A stretch of DNA of 63,088 nucleotides from Octopus bimaculoides (taxonomy: Eukaryota). Position numbers and translations under genes: made by a program. Location: assembly GCF_001194135.2 (NCBI RefSeq), contig NC_068982.1, positions 61,786,524-61,849,611 of the forward strand. Reading direction: 5' to 3'. The notes under the pieces are model-generated. The model was not told the DNA's origin, searched no databases, and saw nothing but the letters and a program-made list of their open reading frames with translations. How positions within the stretch are numbered: the stretch's first letter is position 1; every line of letters starts with the position of its first letter. Positions 13,280-25,369 of this stretch are shown here, piece after piece.

Positions 13280-13555
13280 TATTTTAAACTTCTTAAATAA
13301 TCATACTTTATATATTTAAACATTTATCTATTAATACAATATTATTTTGGACGTATATCTTCTGTGATGATTTTTTGATGTAATTTTCCTGCTCTCATAG
13401 TATATAATCACTCTTATTGAATGTCTAAATATCTTTAATGTTTCAGACATTTTCCTACCAAGCCAAGAGCACTTATTAGAAATTCAGTATATTGTATTCT
13501 CATTGAATATATTTAAATACCCTGAAACTAGTCTGTAGATGCCAGACCAGCAAGG

Positions 13556-13702
13556 GGAAGTGGTTGACCTCCTCTGTTCGAAGGTTATAATGGACACAGG
13601 TTCATGTGTCATAGCTAGCTAGAGGTGATGGCCTCTTGGAGCTAATCAACAGCAGCATTCGTCCTATTTTTCTGGACTGCCATGTTAGCTTGGTGATAAC
13701 TA

Positions 13703-13706
<4 letters not shown>
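13556..13706. repeat. Unclassified interspersed repeat (also 32271-32460 and 41700-41800), each next to (TA)n
   Basis: Shared sequence gatggcttcttggagctaattcacggcagctttcgtcctaattttgggactgccatgttggcttggcgataactattaat in three places. Confidence 0.8.
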
Positions 13707-13740
<34 letters not shown>

Positions 13741-14162
13741 AGTATATTTGCCATTTAAATGTGGCTGACCCCTAAGGGTGGATGTTACTGTTACTGTTAA
13801 CACCTCGTTCAGAGATTTAACATTGCTTATATATATATATATATAATGAAATTAAAATCAGGAGAACAGAGATTTGCACATCCAAGTTTTATTTCACAGT
13901 TAATCAGATCATTTTTCATCAAGACCTATGCACATGTGCATAGGTCTTGAGGAAGAAAGGTGTGATGTTCTGATTTTAATTCCGTTATTTTTCTCTACAG
14001 ACTCTATGTAGACCTTATAGGACATTTAGATTTACCAGGTGATGACTGACTGAGTATAGTAAATTTTAAGTAATTGGAGTTTATCTACATTCACTGTGGT
14101 TAGCTAGCATTGATAACCAATAAGAACGAACACAGTACCCACTAGGGTTATATATAGACACA

Positions 14163-14246
<84 letters not shown>

Positions 14247-14703
14247 CACATGCACACATAACTAGTTAACATTCTGTATCTTTTTAAAAATTGATTAGAA
14301 ATGTACTGATACTTTCATAGGAAAACACAAAACAGACACATACTCATGAACACATGCACAAATACAAACATGCGATACAATCATGAATAAATAAACAATA
14401 ATTGTCTCTCTGTATCGATATCTATCTATCTATACATGTTTGTATATTCATGCATATATATATATATATATATATGGTTGAACAAGTGCACTAATCTTGC
14501 AAATGCAGTTAACTTTTGGCATAAGATATTAAAAGAAATGAAATTGATAGAGAAATACTGTATGACTTGTGAAATCCACATGTTATCACCCACCCCATAG
14601 ATGTATAGATAAATACTTATGCAGATGTATGTATATATATATACTCTTAAACAGAAAAATAGCACTCAGTACATAGTATAGAGTATAATTATATGTATAC
14701 ATA

Positions 14704-14743
<40 letters not shown>

Positions 14744-17035
14744 CCAGTGGTGTGTTGTGACTTCTGAGGTTGGTCATGCAATAAAATACTTGGCACACAT
14801 GACGGAGATGTAACCCCCCCGCCATCCTTAAAAAATATTTTTTTCATGGAAACCCATGTTTTCAGCTATGCAGATTCCGATTCATAAAAAAAATATTGTT
14901 TGTAAAATTTCAATTTTGCTAAANNNNNNNNNNCATCTCACAGGAGTACGTTGGGCGGAAAAATCTGCGATAAAATAATGAAAGAAATATGTAATCAATC
15001 TATTCACCTTTCTGCAAAGATATCTTTCAGAGAAATTTCCCACAGTAAAATGAGGTATACTGAGACAAAGTTGTAAAAAAGAGCTTGTTGGACATTTGAC
15101 TTATTTCTGCACTCATATTTTTGTAACTTTCAAGTTTCATTTTGTAGAGAAAAACACTTTCAGTTGTAAAAAAATTAACCTAAAAAAAAATACAATGAGC
15201 ACTTTAATTTCACTTTGTCACAGTATATCTCATATTCCTGCAATCATGAATTGTAAATCAGTTTCAACAAAATGGAAAGATAATTTTAGTAAACCAATGA
15301 AAGATTTATTAGCTATATTATATTTCTGATTTCAGAATTTTTTTGTTCAATACAGAGAGGATGGTTAAATGATAATAATTTCAAAACTTATGACAGAGCG
15401 AAATAGATATTCCAAAGTCACGGCAACATTTGAGCTGACTAATTTAGAATTATGGGATTGTTGATATGTTTTAATCAGAATTTTTATGGGTCAAAAAGTC
15501 AAACCCATTCAACCATTTAGCTTGTTGCTTTAGTGGCATCAATTACAAAGAATTGTTGACAAAGAAAAACTTATAGAAAGGGTGAAGAAGACAAAACATG
15601 CGTTTTTCTGAAAGCATGCCTTCTGTAGTTATTTTATGGAGATAATGAAGAATCTTACAGGCACTGAAATCATAGTTACTGAAAGATAGGCAGCGGGGTG
15701 GGGGAAGATTTCGTATGCGTTTTTCTCTAAGTATGCCTAGTAGAAGGAAAATGGAAATACAGTGAAGTATCAATCTGGATAGGTTTTCTTTGAAATAAAG
15801 TAACTATTTTAGCACAGTTTCCAATGCTTTGAACAACTTTTCAATGTGGTTATAAATACATTACGTTCTTAAATTGATTTTTGAGTTATATAAAAATCAA
15901 CAGACATGCAGTGCATGACTAGCATGTTCCGACTGCATGCTACTGATACACATACACACTAGTGTGAACTTGCTATCTTTAATATAGCATGTTTTACATT
16001 GGTTGGATATAAAAGAAAATTGTATCATACATTTCTATAGTGTATATGCATAAGTATACATATGACATGCATGTGGGAAGAATGTTGGCAAGACATGTGA
16101 TATGACAGAAGCTCCAACATCAATAACGAAAAGTGTAATGTAGAGCTATAAGATGAAATGCAATTATGCTAGAACATGTATTTATAAAGCAATGAAAAAT
16201 TACAACCTAAATGCTGGCAATAATTTTTAATATATATACACGGTGGTGCACCAGCATGACCGCAGCCACTTGGCTGAAACACATAAATAAATAAATAAAT
16301 AAATAAATATAAATATACATATATATATGTACACACACACATGCACACACACCCACATACATACAGACACACACACACACGCAAACACATATACACATGG
16401 TGTTCAATCATATAATAATATAAATAATATATATATACATACATATATATTCATACTTACATATATATGTATATACAAGTATGCATATATATGTGGGTTT
16501 TTACGGTTTTTATATTTTCAGATTTTTAACTTAACCTTATAAACTTTATAAAATCTCTGAAGCAGCCTAGAGAATCATCCATGTACTGCTATTTCATCTA
16601 TTAATAGCTTAAGTCTACTGGAGTGATAAAGATAGAATGAGGCATGTCACCTTTGGACTGAAACAGCTGTAAGACATTATCCCATTTTCTGTCACCATAT
16701 GTCATTTCTTTTAATTACTGATATGACATAATATGTCACATATGTTTGCATATTGTTATCATTGTCCTTTTGGTAAACAAATAAACAAGTAAATTGACAC
16801 AATACAATGTCTATAAGTTGATGAATACCACCTATTCCCCTCCATTTTCTTATTGCTATTTAAATTAATGGTAAAATATCTTTTTACCTGCACACATTTA
16901 TTGCACTTGGTAATTTAATTGCCATGCAATGAAAAAATTGGGTATTCTTTCAGCAGTATATTGGATAGATATTATCCCTTAGTGAGTTGGATTCACAACC
17001 CCGAACTTTCTTGGATATATATATATATATATACA

Positions 17036-17195
17036 TACGACAGACTTCTTTCAATTTCCATGAATCAAATCCACTCACAAGGCTTTAGTCAGTCCAAGGT
17101 TATAGTAGAAGACACTTGCCCAAGGTGCCACACAGTGGGACTGAACCTAGAACCATGGGATTAGGAAGCAAGCTTCTCATCACACAGCCACATGC
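17036..17195 (-). mobile_element. SINE family A head
   Basis: Reverse complement of the family A head; abuts the truncated 3' end of the Tc1 remnant. Confidence 0.8.
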
Positions 17196-17199
17196 TTCA

Positions 17200-18275
17200 A
17201 GTTGGAGTTTGGGTAGCAAGTCAGTTTGACTACAAAGTGTACATGCTTCTTATCGTATCTCATATGATGACAGATTTCATGAATTGTGGTGGCTAGATAA
17301 GATGCTCAACTTCACTAGAATGTTTCTCATGCCATTCAGTAACAACTTTAGCTGTGTGAATTGGTGCATTATCATACCGAAAGATTGTGTTTCCCTCCAG
17401 AAACAGTTCCACAACCATAGGATGAATTTGCTCAGATAAAATGCTTAAAATGCTTCTGCGATGAAGAGAAGCCATTGGAATGGCAAATTTCCAAGATATA
17501 GCCCCCCCAGATCATCACAAATCCTACTCCATGTTTAACAGTTGGAAAAAGGCAGTCTAAGTTAAATGCTTCTTTTGGCTGTCTTCACGCATATACTCAG
17601 CTGGTGGTCAAAAATAGAGTAAAGGATGACTCATCTGAGAAAATAACATTCTTCCACTGCTCTAGGGACCAATTCTATAGGTTTTACTCCACTCTAAATG
17701 CTTTGCAACGTTTGTTTTTGAAAGTAGTGGTTTTCTAATTGCAGCCCTCCCATGAAATCTGGCTTTGTGCAGCTCCCAGCGAACAGTTTTTGTGGAAAGT
17801 GGGTTCTCAAGGTGGTCACTAAGCTCTGTGGTAATTTTGGAAGCTGTACGTTTGTGATCCTTTCTAACCATTTGGGTAAGAGTCCGATGGTCCCTATCTG
17901 AAAGTTTTGGTTTTCTTCCGCAGTTTTGTTTCAACCAGGAGGTTTTTTCCCTCTTTCTCAAAGGCTGTCATTACTTTCGAGACAGTACTTCTTGATACAC
18001 CAAGCATTTTCATTACGCTAGCACATGCTGTATGAGCATCAATAATTTGACCTCTTTGAAAGTCCAATAGATCTGTCAATTTAATAAATTTTGATTACCT
18101 TTTTCTGATGATATCTGAAAAGAAACAGCAATTTTAGCAAAACATGTTAAGCAACACTAATAATAAATCAAAAAACATAAAAATAAACAAGATTTTGATG
18201 GTTTTATAGACATTCCAAAATTATAATACTATGATGCTATTATGCTAGGTGTTTCCATTATTTTGTCCAACCCTA
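17200..18275 (-). mobile_element. Decayed Tc1-family transposon (transposase pseudogene, 5' end only)
   Basis: Frameshifted ORFs 17894..18079, 17662..17961 and 17293..17475 give LGVSRSTVSKVM, GRKPKLSDRD, LSTKTVRWELH...AIRKPLL, IFSDES, VMIWGAIS and YDNAPIHTAK. Terminal ta-tagggttggacaaaataatggaaacacc at 18248-18275. Confidence 0.85.
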
Positions 18276-18457
18276 TATATATATATAGTGTAAACAGAGT
18301 TAGTGGTTATAATAACGAACTAAGGGATAAAATATCCGTATGTACTATTGGTATATGTTACCCATGTTATCATTGGGCATTAGTGTACAGGCACACTATG
18401 CATGTAGAGTGCAGGTAACAACAGGATAAACAAGAGCTTATCAGGAAGTAAATACAA

Positions 18458-18661
18458 ATAATCAGAAAATGGAGAAAACCTCTGATTAACAAACACATCG
18501 ATTGGGCCACATTTATAGCTTATTTCTTAATAGAAAGCATGGTATAACAAGTAGGTGATGTCACCTATTTGCTATGTCATGCTTTGTATTAAAAAATAAG
18601 CTATAAATGTGGTCCAATCGATGTGTTTGTTAATCAGAGGTTTTCTCCATTTTCTGATTAT
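18458..18661. repeat. 204-bp fold-back palindrome (102-bp arms, no loop)
   Basis: Arms align with 8 differences by manual count; the outer 48 bp are identical; centre GGTGAT|GTCACC. Confidence 0.9.
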
Positions 18662-18671
18662 ATATATATAT

Positions 18672-19065
18672 ATGGCTGTGTGGTAAGGAATTTGCTTTGT
18701 GACTACATGGTTCTGGGTTCAGTCGCGCTGTGTGGCACCTTGAGCAAGTGTCTTCTACTCTAGCTTTGAGCTGACCAAAGTCTTGTGAGTGGAATGGTAG
18801 ACAGAAACTGAAAGAAGCCCATCGTTTATGTGTGTGTGTGTGTGTGTGTGTTTGTCTTTGTGTCTGTGTTTGTTGTCCATCACTGCTTGACAACTGGTGT
18901 TAGTGTGTTTATGTCGCTGTAACTTAGCAGTGCAGCAGAATCAATGAATAGAATAAGTTCCAGGCTAAAAAAAATAAGAAGTAGGGTTGATTCATTTGAC
19001 TAAAATTCTTCAAGTTGATAGCCCAGCGTCGTTGCAGTCAAATGACTGAAACATGTAAAAGATAA
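18672..19065 (+). mobile_element. Full composite SINE family A (head + internal TG microsatellite + right module)
   Basis: Same head/microsatellite/tail layout as 39797, 44155, 55591 and 57465. Confidence 0.8.
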
Positions 19066-19187
19066 CAGATAAAAGATGTGTGTGTGTGTGTGGGTGTGTG
19101 CATGTGAGTGTGTGCACACAAGTGTGTGTGTGTGCTTGTGAGTGTGTGTGTGTGCATGTAAGTGTGTGTGTGTGCATGTTTGTATGC

Positions 19188-19220
<33 letters not shown>

Positions 19221-20467
19221 TGTATGTATGTATGACAGTTCTTTGAAAATAGACAAAAACTACTTAATACACAGTACAGTGTATAATTATATTTATTCAG
19301 CTGAGTTGTATCCTGTTATTTAGGTTTGTTTCATGTTTATGTCCTTTTCAAACAACATCCATCTGAAAAACTGAGCATAAAAATGAAATTCAATAGAAAA
19401 CTCATTATCTGACAGTACTACAATTTTATATAGAATTCCATGAGAGATTAGAAGAAATACTATTGAAGCAAAAATTGAAGCAAATATTATTGCACAGATA
19501 TACCACACACGAAATCAGGAAATCTAACAGGGTTTAATTGTTGTATTACTTTCAAATGTGGTGTAGATGGTTTTATCAGTTATAACAGTACTCCTAGGAT
19601 CATTTGCAACCAACTGCCATTATTACCATCATCTACTTCTGATGATGAAGACACAAATATCTTGAATTGTGTGGCATTCTTCAATCCATTATAGATGCCT
19701 TGTAAGCTAAACTACACACACACACACACGTATGTATATATATATGAATGTTATATTTGGGTTTGGTGTAATAAACATGGGCAGTAGCATTCAATGCATT
19801 AAAATAAGTATTTTTTACTCTGTTCTGTTTGTAGATAGTCATTGTTGTAACATAGTTGTTATGTACAATAAAAAAGATAACCAGACAGTAACAACAGTAA
19901 CAACAATGTAACAAACAAACAAATCCCTTTATGAATCAACAATCAATATTCCTTGTGAACTAACCAACTTACACCTTCCAACTTCACTGCGAACTAATAC
20001 AAACTTCACTTGACTCTGAACTCTGAATTTCTGCACTCATTCAGATCACTATTATTTATACTTTACTCAGACCAGTCTATCTCTCGCAAGGGGGTGTCAT
20101 AACTCTCATCACAACGTATCTCCTTTTGAGATTTCGATTACTGTGAGAAAGTGGAATTTCTTTTATTTTCATTTTTTCTTTCCAGGACCACTTCCTCTTT
20201 TTTTTTTTAGCTGTTGTATATTAACTGCTGCCTGACTTACAGTAGTATTGTTCGTTGTACACAGCACTTTTCCTTTTCGTTGTACTAAGCACTCTTGCTA
20301 GCATTCTTGTTTTTTTTTGTTCTGAAAATTTAATATCTTTTACATTTAGGTGTTACTTCCAGGTATTCAGTCTGTTTTCGTTTTCTGAAGCTAGTTCTAC
20401 AGGGTTCAATATCTCTCAGTACTGGCACTTCAAACGTATCATAGAAGACTTCCAGTGGTATTACCTT

Positions 20468-21260
20468 TCATTCTTCTGTATGTTTCATCTTTAACTGGTT
20501 AAGGTGTCTCTTATGTTCCAAACATTGTCCTTTAATTAAATACATCATGTTACCTAATCTTTTGAGTACACAGCCATCCTTCCAACCTTCTTTACCATCT
20601 TTGTAATTTTTTAAATGAACTTTATCTCCTACTTCGAAATGTTTTCTAATATTTCTTGTATTTCCTTCAAATGTATTTTTTGTCTTTCCTTTATATGTAT
20701 TTTTTCCTGGCAATAATTTATCAACGATCGGTTTTATTTTACGTGTGAATATTAACTCTGCTCATGACTTTCCTGAATTAGTATTTGGATTTGGCGTTAT
20801 TATATATACTCTTAAAAATTTCGTTAGTACCTCATCATTATCTAGCTCATTCCTAGCTTTTCTTAGAGCTCTTTTGAATGTGTTGATAAATCTTTCTGCT
20901 AGCCCATTTGACCTTGGGTGGTAGGGTGAGGGTAAAGATGTGTTTTATTGCATATATTTTGCAGAAATTTCTTAATTCATATCCCATGATTTGTGTTCCA
21001 TTATCTGAAACTAACATGTCTGGATCACTGTATTGAGAAAATAACTTGAGTAAGAACTTTATTGTGGTCTTTGCTGTGGGTTTATTGCATCTGTATACCT
21101 CTGGCTACTTTGTATAGCTATCCACAATGATTAGATACTATGTGCTATTCATTGGTCCAGTGTAATCGATATGGATCCTGGATCATGGGTTTTCAGTCTT
21201 TATGCAAAGATCTTGTCTGTCTGAGAGTACTTGCAAAAACATTTTTTTTTACTTTTCTCT
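20468..21260 (-). pseudogene. Gypsy integrase remnant
   Basis: Manual translation RIHIDYTGP...YLIIVDSYTK...LVSDNGTQ...PYHPRSNGLAERFINTFKRAL...SPAELMF, with stops and frameshifts. Confidence 0.85.
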
Positions 21261-21400
21261 TTAACTCTTCAGACAAATTATTTTTATATGGACAACCACT
21301 CACATTTTTGCAATAGAGATATATGGGGAGGTCCCATAAATTGAATAATTCTAATGAATTGGATCCAAACAGATTGATTGCATTTTTAATGATGAAGACT

Positions 21401-21471
21401 ACAGCACGGGCATATGGTGTAAGAGTGCAGGCTACTTACCCCAAGATTCCGAGTTTGATTCCAGGTAGTGA

Positions 21472-21527
<56 letters not shown>

Positions 21528-21710
21528 TCGAAAAATACCTTAGGAATGAGAACCCAGGTTTGAAATTTCCCCAAGACACCTGATGAAGGCTGGAGGGTAT
21601 ATCAGCCGAAATGTTGTGTTAACAACAAACAAGATGAGGACAAATATCCGTCAAATGTAAATAATGTAAATAATGTACAGAATTCCTCATCTCTTAAATA
21701 TAGAACTGTA
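21401..21710 (+). mobile_element. tRNA-headed SINE-like element with internal (AAT)n and hammerhead-bearing tail, inserted in the Gypsy protease region
   Basis: A-box-like TGGTGTAAGAG (21415-25) and B-box-like GAGTTTGATTCC (21451-62); (AAT)n at 21476-21524; hammerhead motif at 21575-21620. Confidence 0.7.
21575..21620 (+). ncRNA. Minimal hammerhead variant (dimer-type)
   Basis: GACAC-CTGATGA-A-GGCTG-gagggtatat-CAGCC-GAAAT-GTT/GTGTT. Stem I and stem II are each 5 bp, with one extra core nucleotide; GAAAT is probably CpG-decayed GAAAC. Confidence 0.7.
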
Positions 21711-21806
21711 TTACAGGTTTCCCTATTTTCTTCCTTATGTCACTTCCAGTATCCAATTGAAGTTTAATAGTATTCCATTTATTTTTATGTGTACAAATTT
21801 TCTTAT

Positions 21807-22735
21807 TTAGGAGTTGATTTTTTTCGTTTCTGCTGAGAACACTCTACAGCGTGAACTCTTGTGATCAATTCTTTCGCAAATGTAACATTTTTGATTTTTA
21901 ATTGGACAGTCTTTCCTGAAATGAATGCCCCCACATCCATAACATGGATTAGTACGTGGCACTCTTTTTTGGTTGTACTTTTCTTGTTGGCATATCTGTA
22001 TTTTTGAAGAATCCTTTTCTTGAATTTTTTCTACATCCTGTTTCAGTTTTACCATCCTTTGGCATTCTTCTATCATGGACTGTAAGGTTAGATCTTGGTT
22101 TGCTTCTTCCAATTTAGAAAGAATTCTCTTCTGAATTTCTGTATCTTCTCCTGCTGTAAGGCCTTGTACAAAAATAAGCCACCTGAACATCTCATATGTA
22201 AGTTCTTTGAGTTTAAAACTTTCACACATCCTGTTGCCCGTTCCTGCATATGTGATAAAGTCATCATTCACATTTTTCATTATATTCCAACACTCTATTT
22301 GAGTGTTAAATAGAGAAGTTTTATCACCAAATATGTTAGACAGTAATACTATTGTTTCTTTAAAACAAATTTCATTGGGTGTTGTGGACAATATGAAATT
22401 ACAGTAATGTTCATGCTCTAACGGAGCTAATTTTCACAATAACAATCTCACTTTTAGTTCATCCGACCATGATTTGCAATCTTACTTAAAATCTCCTCAT
22501 ACCTTATGTAGTATGATGCAAAAGTTATATACTCCTCTGGGTTATAACTGAATTCATTAATCAAGTTCGAAACACCATCTGGAAAAAATGAACTTAACTC
22601 ATTTTTGGACTTCTTTGAATATAGCTCTAATGACTGTTGTTGTTGTAGCTGTAGCTGTAATAGTTGCTTCTGCAACTTCTGTTGCTGCTCTTGTTGCTTT
22701 TGCAACTGTACTATGGAAGCTAATAGGTCTTCCAT
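21807..22735 (-). pseudogene. Gypsy gag remnant with two CCHC zinc knuckles
   Basis: ORFs 22454..22735 and 21807..22391; CYGCGGIHFRKDC and CYICERIDHKSSRC; protease motif LQLDTGSD follows at ~21735-21765. Confidence 0.8.
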
Positions 22736-23359
22736 TATTTAACAAGCTGTATCACGAACACACTGTTAAATAACCTACGTGAGCTTCGAAACCCTCATTG
22801 CCAGACGTTGTAACATGATTTGTTACATACAATTAATAAGATAACCAGACAACAGTAACAACAATGTAACGAACTAACAAATCTTTTTACAAACCAATAT
22901 TCTTTGTGAACTAACCAACCAACACCTTCCGACTTCACTGCGAACTAACACAAACTTCACTTGACTCCGAACTCTGAACTCATTTGGATTGTTACTATTT
23001 ATACTTTACTCGGACTAGTCTATCTCTCACAAGGGGGCATCGTAAATCTCATCACAACAGTCTTAAAATTGACTCAATAGATGAGTTTACATGCATCCAT
23101 ACAGACATGTGTGTGTGTGTGTGTGTGCATGTGTGTGTGTGTGTGCATGTGTGTGTGTGTGTGCATGTGTGTGTGTGTGTGCATGTGTGTGTGTATGTGC
23201 ATGCATACGTACAGTTCTTCCTTACATCACCTTGAGTCACATTTCCTGATCCACAGCCACTTTGAGACAATCTCTGCAAATATGTATATATATTTGAGTA
23301 GTGAAGGTGAGAAGTCAGACCAAATATGTAAGGTGATATCTGCACGATGCATTGCATAT

Positions 23360-23800
23360 AACCCAATGTACTTGCTATTCATTAACCTGGAGAATACTTT
23401 TGATATGGTTCCTTGCTCCCTGATCTGGCAATCACTATGGAAGCCAGAAAGATATGAATGGGTGGTGAGAACTGTTCAGGTCATGTGCAGGGTTACTGTC
23501 AGTAAGGTGAGAGTTGGCAATGCATACAGCAAAGAGTTTATTGTGCAGGAAGGAGTTCAGCAGAGTTCAGTTATCCAGTCCTTCTTATTTATCATAGTCC
23601 CCCTGGCAATAACAGAAAAATTTTAAACTAGTTGCCCATGGGAACTCCTCTGTGCTGATGACTTTGTTCTTATAACTGAACCTGTAATAGAATTAGATAT
23701 GAAATTCCAGGTGTAGTGGAAGCACCAAGTACACTTTGTACAGTAGCTGATGTTAGGAAAGGCATTAAGCTGTAGAAACCGCACCAAAACAGTCTATTTC
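23360..23800 (+). mobile_element. RTE LINE RT fragment plus tail piece
   Basis: ORF 23081..23626 C-part LFINLENTFDMVP...EGVQQSSV, then CPWELLCADD. Confidence 0.8.
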
Positions 23801-23847
23801 AGTATAGAAAAATGAATGCTAAATTATTATTATTATTATTATTATTT

Positions 23848-24402
23848 AGTCAGACAGTAGTGCATGCCATCAAAGTGATACTGGGGTAAAATATATGAAG
23901 CCCACTAGAACCATCAAGACTACGCGTCTGATAAGGGTACACCAGGCATATGCATCACAACCATATGTGCACGATATGGTGATCTCATATCAAGATAAAT
24001 ACTGCATGACCTTGCAAGTGGTGCCCAGTTAGAATTTTCTTCAGGTCGAGTAGCCCATCCCACTCAAAAGGTCCCTGATTAAGGGTTGTTTAAGGATGTT
24101 GAACAAAACACCCATGTTTCCAAAGGTGAATTATCTAAACCCCAAAGAATTCCTCTCAACACATGCCTATGATGCTTCCCCACACACTTCTGCTTGTGAT
24201 CAGAGATGCACGTATCATCAGCCACTAAGGGACATGCTCATGTGGTTAAGGTCGAACAACTGACAAGCAAATCTGTGGTACTGAGCAGAATATTTGCTGT
24301 AGCCTGTCTTTTATACCAGGATAAAACAATGTCTATGATAACACTTCCAATCAGTTAAGATCAAAAGCTATGAAAGCCACTGCCTGGTACTGCATCAGGG
24401 CA
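23848..24402 (-). mobile_element. Non-coding ~550-bp retroposon-like element with (AAT)n 3' tail
   Basis: Higher-GC, non-coding block bounded by (TAT)n on both sides (23824-23847 and 24403-24496). Family not assignable from this window alone. Confidence 0.5.
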
Positions 24403-24425
24403 TATTATTATTATTATTATTATTA

Positions 24426-24496
<71 letters not shown>

Positions 24497-25305
24497 GCCT
24501 TTGCACAGCTTCTAACGCTGGAGATATACTACAGTGTCAGCTGTTCACTACCAGTGAATTAAGGTAACACCTCTTATTTTTCGAGCACCTTCAAGAGTAT
24601 TCAAGCGTTTCCAAGCAGTGCTGTTTTCAGCAAGTGCTCCACCCTTATTGCAGCCTCTATTTGTTCCAGGTACTTCTCAAGATTTCAATCACTGTTCCCA
24701 GGGCTCCAACAATTATTGGTACTACTACCACCTTTTTCATCGACCACAACTGCTTTACTGCCCAAGCTAACCTGTGATATCTATCGACTTTTCTTTCTTC
24801 CTTATCGCATACCTTGTTGTCAGCTGGGCATGCTATATCTATGATCCAGCATAGTTTATTTTATTTCTCAATTAAGACTATATCTGGCTTCCTATCCTCT
24901 ATCTTATGGTCGCACTGAATCATAAAATCCCACAGGATCTTTGCATTATCATTTTTGATGATGCCTTTGGGGTTGTGGTCATACCAATTTTTTGCTCTGT
25001 CAAGTCCATACTTGTTGCAGAGTGTCCAATGGACAAGTCTTGCTATATTGTTGTGGCGTCTCTTATACTCCTTCTGGGCTAGTGGCGTACATTGGCTGGT
25101 AATATGCCCTACGGTTTCACCATTTTGTCCACAGATTCTGCACTTATCACTTTCTGATGTGTTGTCTATTCTATATTTTATGTAGTTTGTTCTTAGTGCT
25201 TGCTCTTGGGCAGCACAGATTAGAGCCTCCGTTTCTGTGGCATTTTTTACATACCATGCTATGTTGTTTTCTTCTGCTCTAATGCTCTTCTCCCTGGCAG
25301 CTGAC
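24497..25305 (-). mobile_element. R4/Dong-type non-LTR retrotransposon 3' end (CCHC + restriction-like endonuclease)
   Basis: ETEALICAAQEQALRTN...KCRICGQNGETVGHITSQC...EYKRRHNNIARLVHW...KILWDF...RKPDIVLIEK*...IIDIACP...VPIIVGALG; followed directly by (TAA)n on the minus strand. Confidence 0.85.
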
Positions 25306-25369
25306 AAACTGGATATACCACCCTTGGCCTAGCTGTTCCCCACACAAGGGCAGGGTATTTAATCCCTGC

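Larger units (their letters stand above)
10924..13396 (+). mobile_element. Penelope-like element: inverted pseudo-LTR (10924-11797) + 5'-truncated copy encoding linker/GIY-YIG endonuclease and 3' UTR (11798-13396)
   Basis: ORF 11773..12549: CTCKNKRSCSLEGKC...NVIYKCTV...YIGSSINFKQRF. After a frameshift it reads LSWSIIDSAIPY...CHLCTKE...LINWQSEALSTCRH, matching the PLE GIY-YIG C-terminus. 12554-13396 is the reverse complement of 10924-11797. Confidence 0.88.
19843..23059 (-). mobile_element. Gypsy/Ty3 LTR retrotransposon, RT-RNase H deleted
   Basis: Direct-repeat LTRs at 22806-23059 and 19843-20116 with degenerate TG...CA ends. Flanks gtcat/gtctt (4/5 TSD). PBS-like TGGCAATGAGG at 22793-22803; purine tract aaaaggagata beside the 3' LTR; gag, protease and integrase remnants inside. 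Confidence 0.88.

Noticed and set aside
19630-19700. CTGATGA-TGAAGA...TCTTCA hairpin as a hammerhead (similar weak cases at ~7570, ~33600, ~40400 and ~59066)
   Set aside because: GAAA(C), the cleavage triplet or stems I/III are missing or unpaired; too degenerate to call.
23848-24402. HDV-like ribozyme at the 5' end of the non-coding element
   Set aside because: A P1-like helix (GTCAGTT/GGCTGAT) exists, but I could not build P3, P1.1 or J4/2 by hand.
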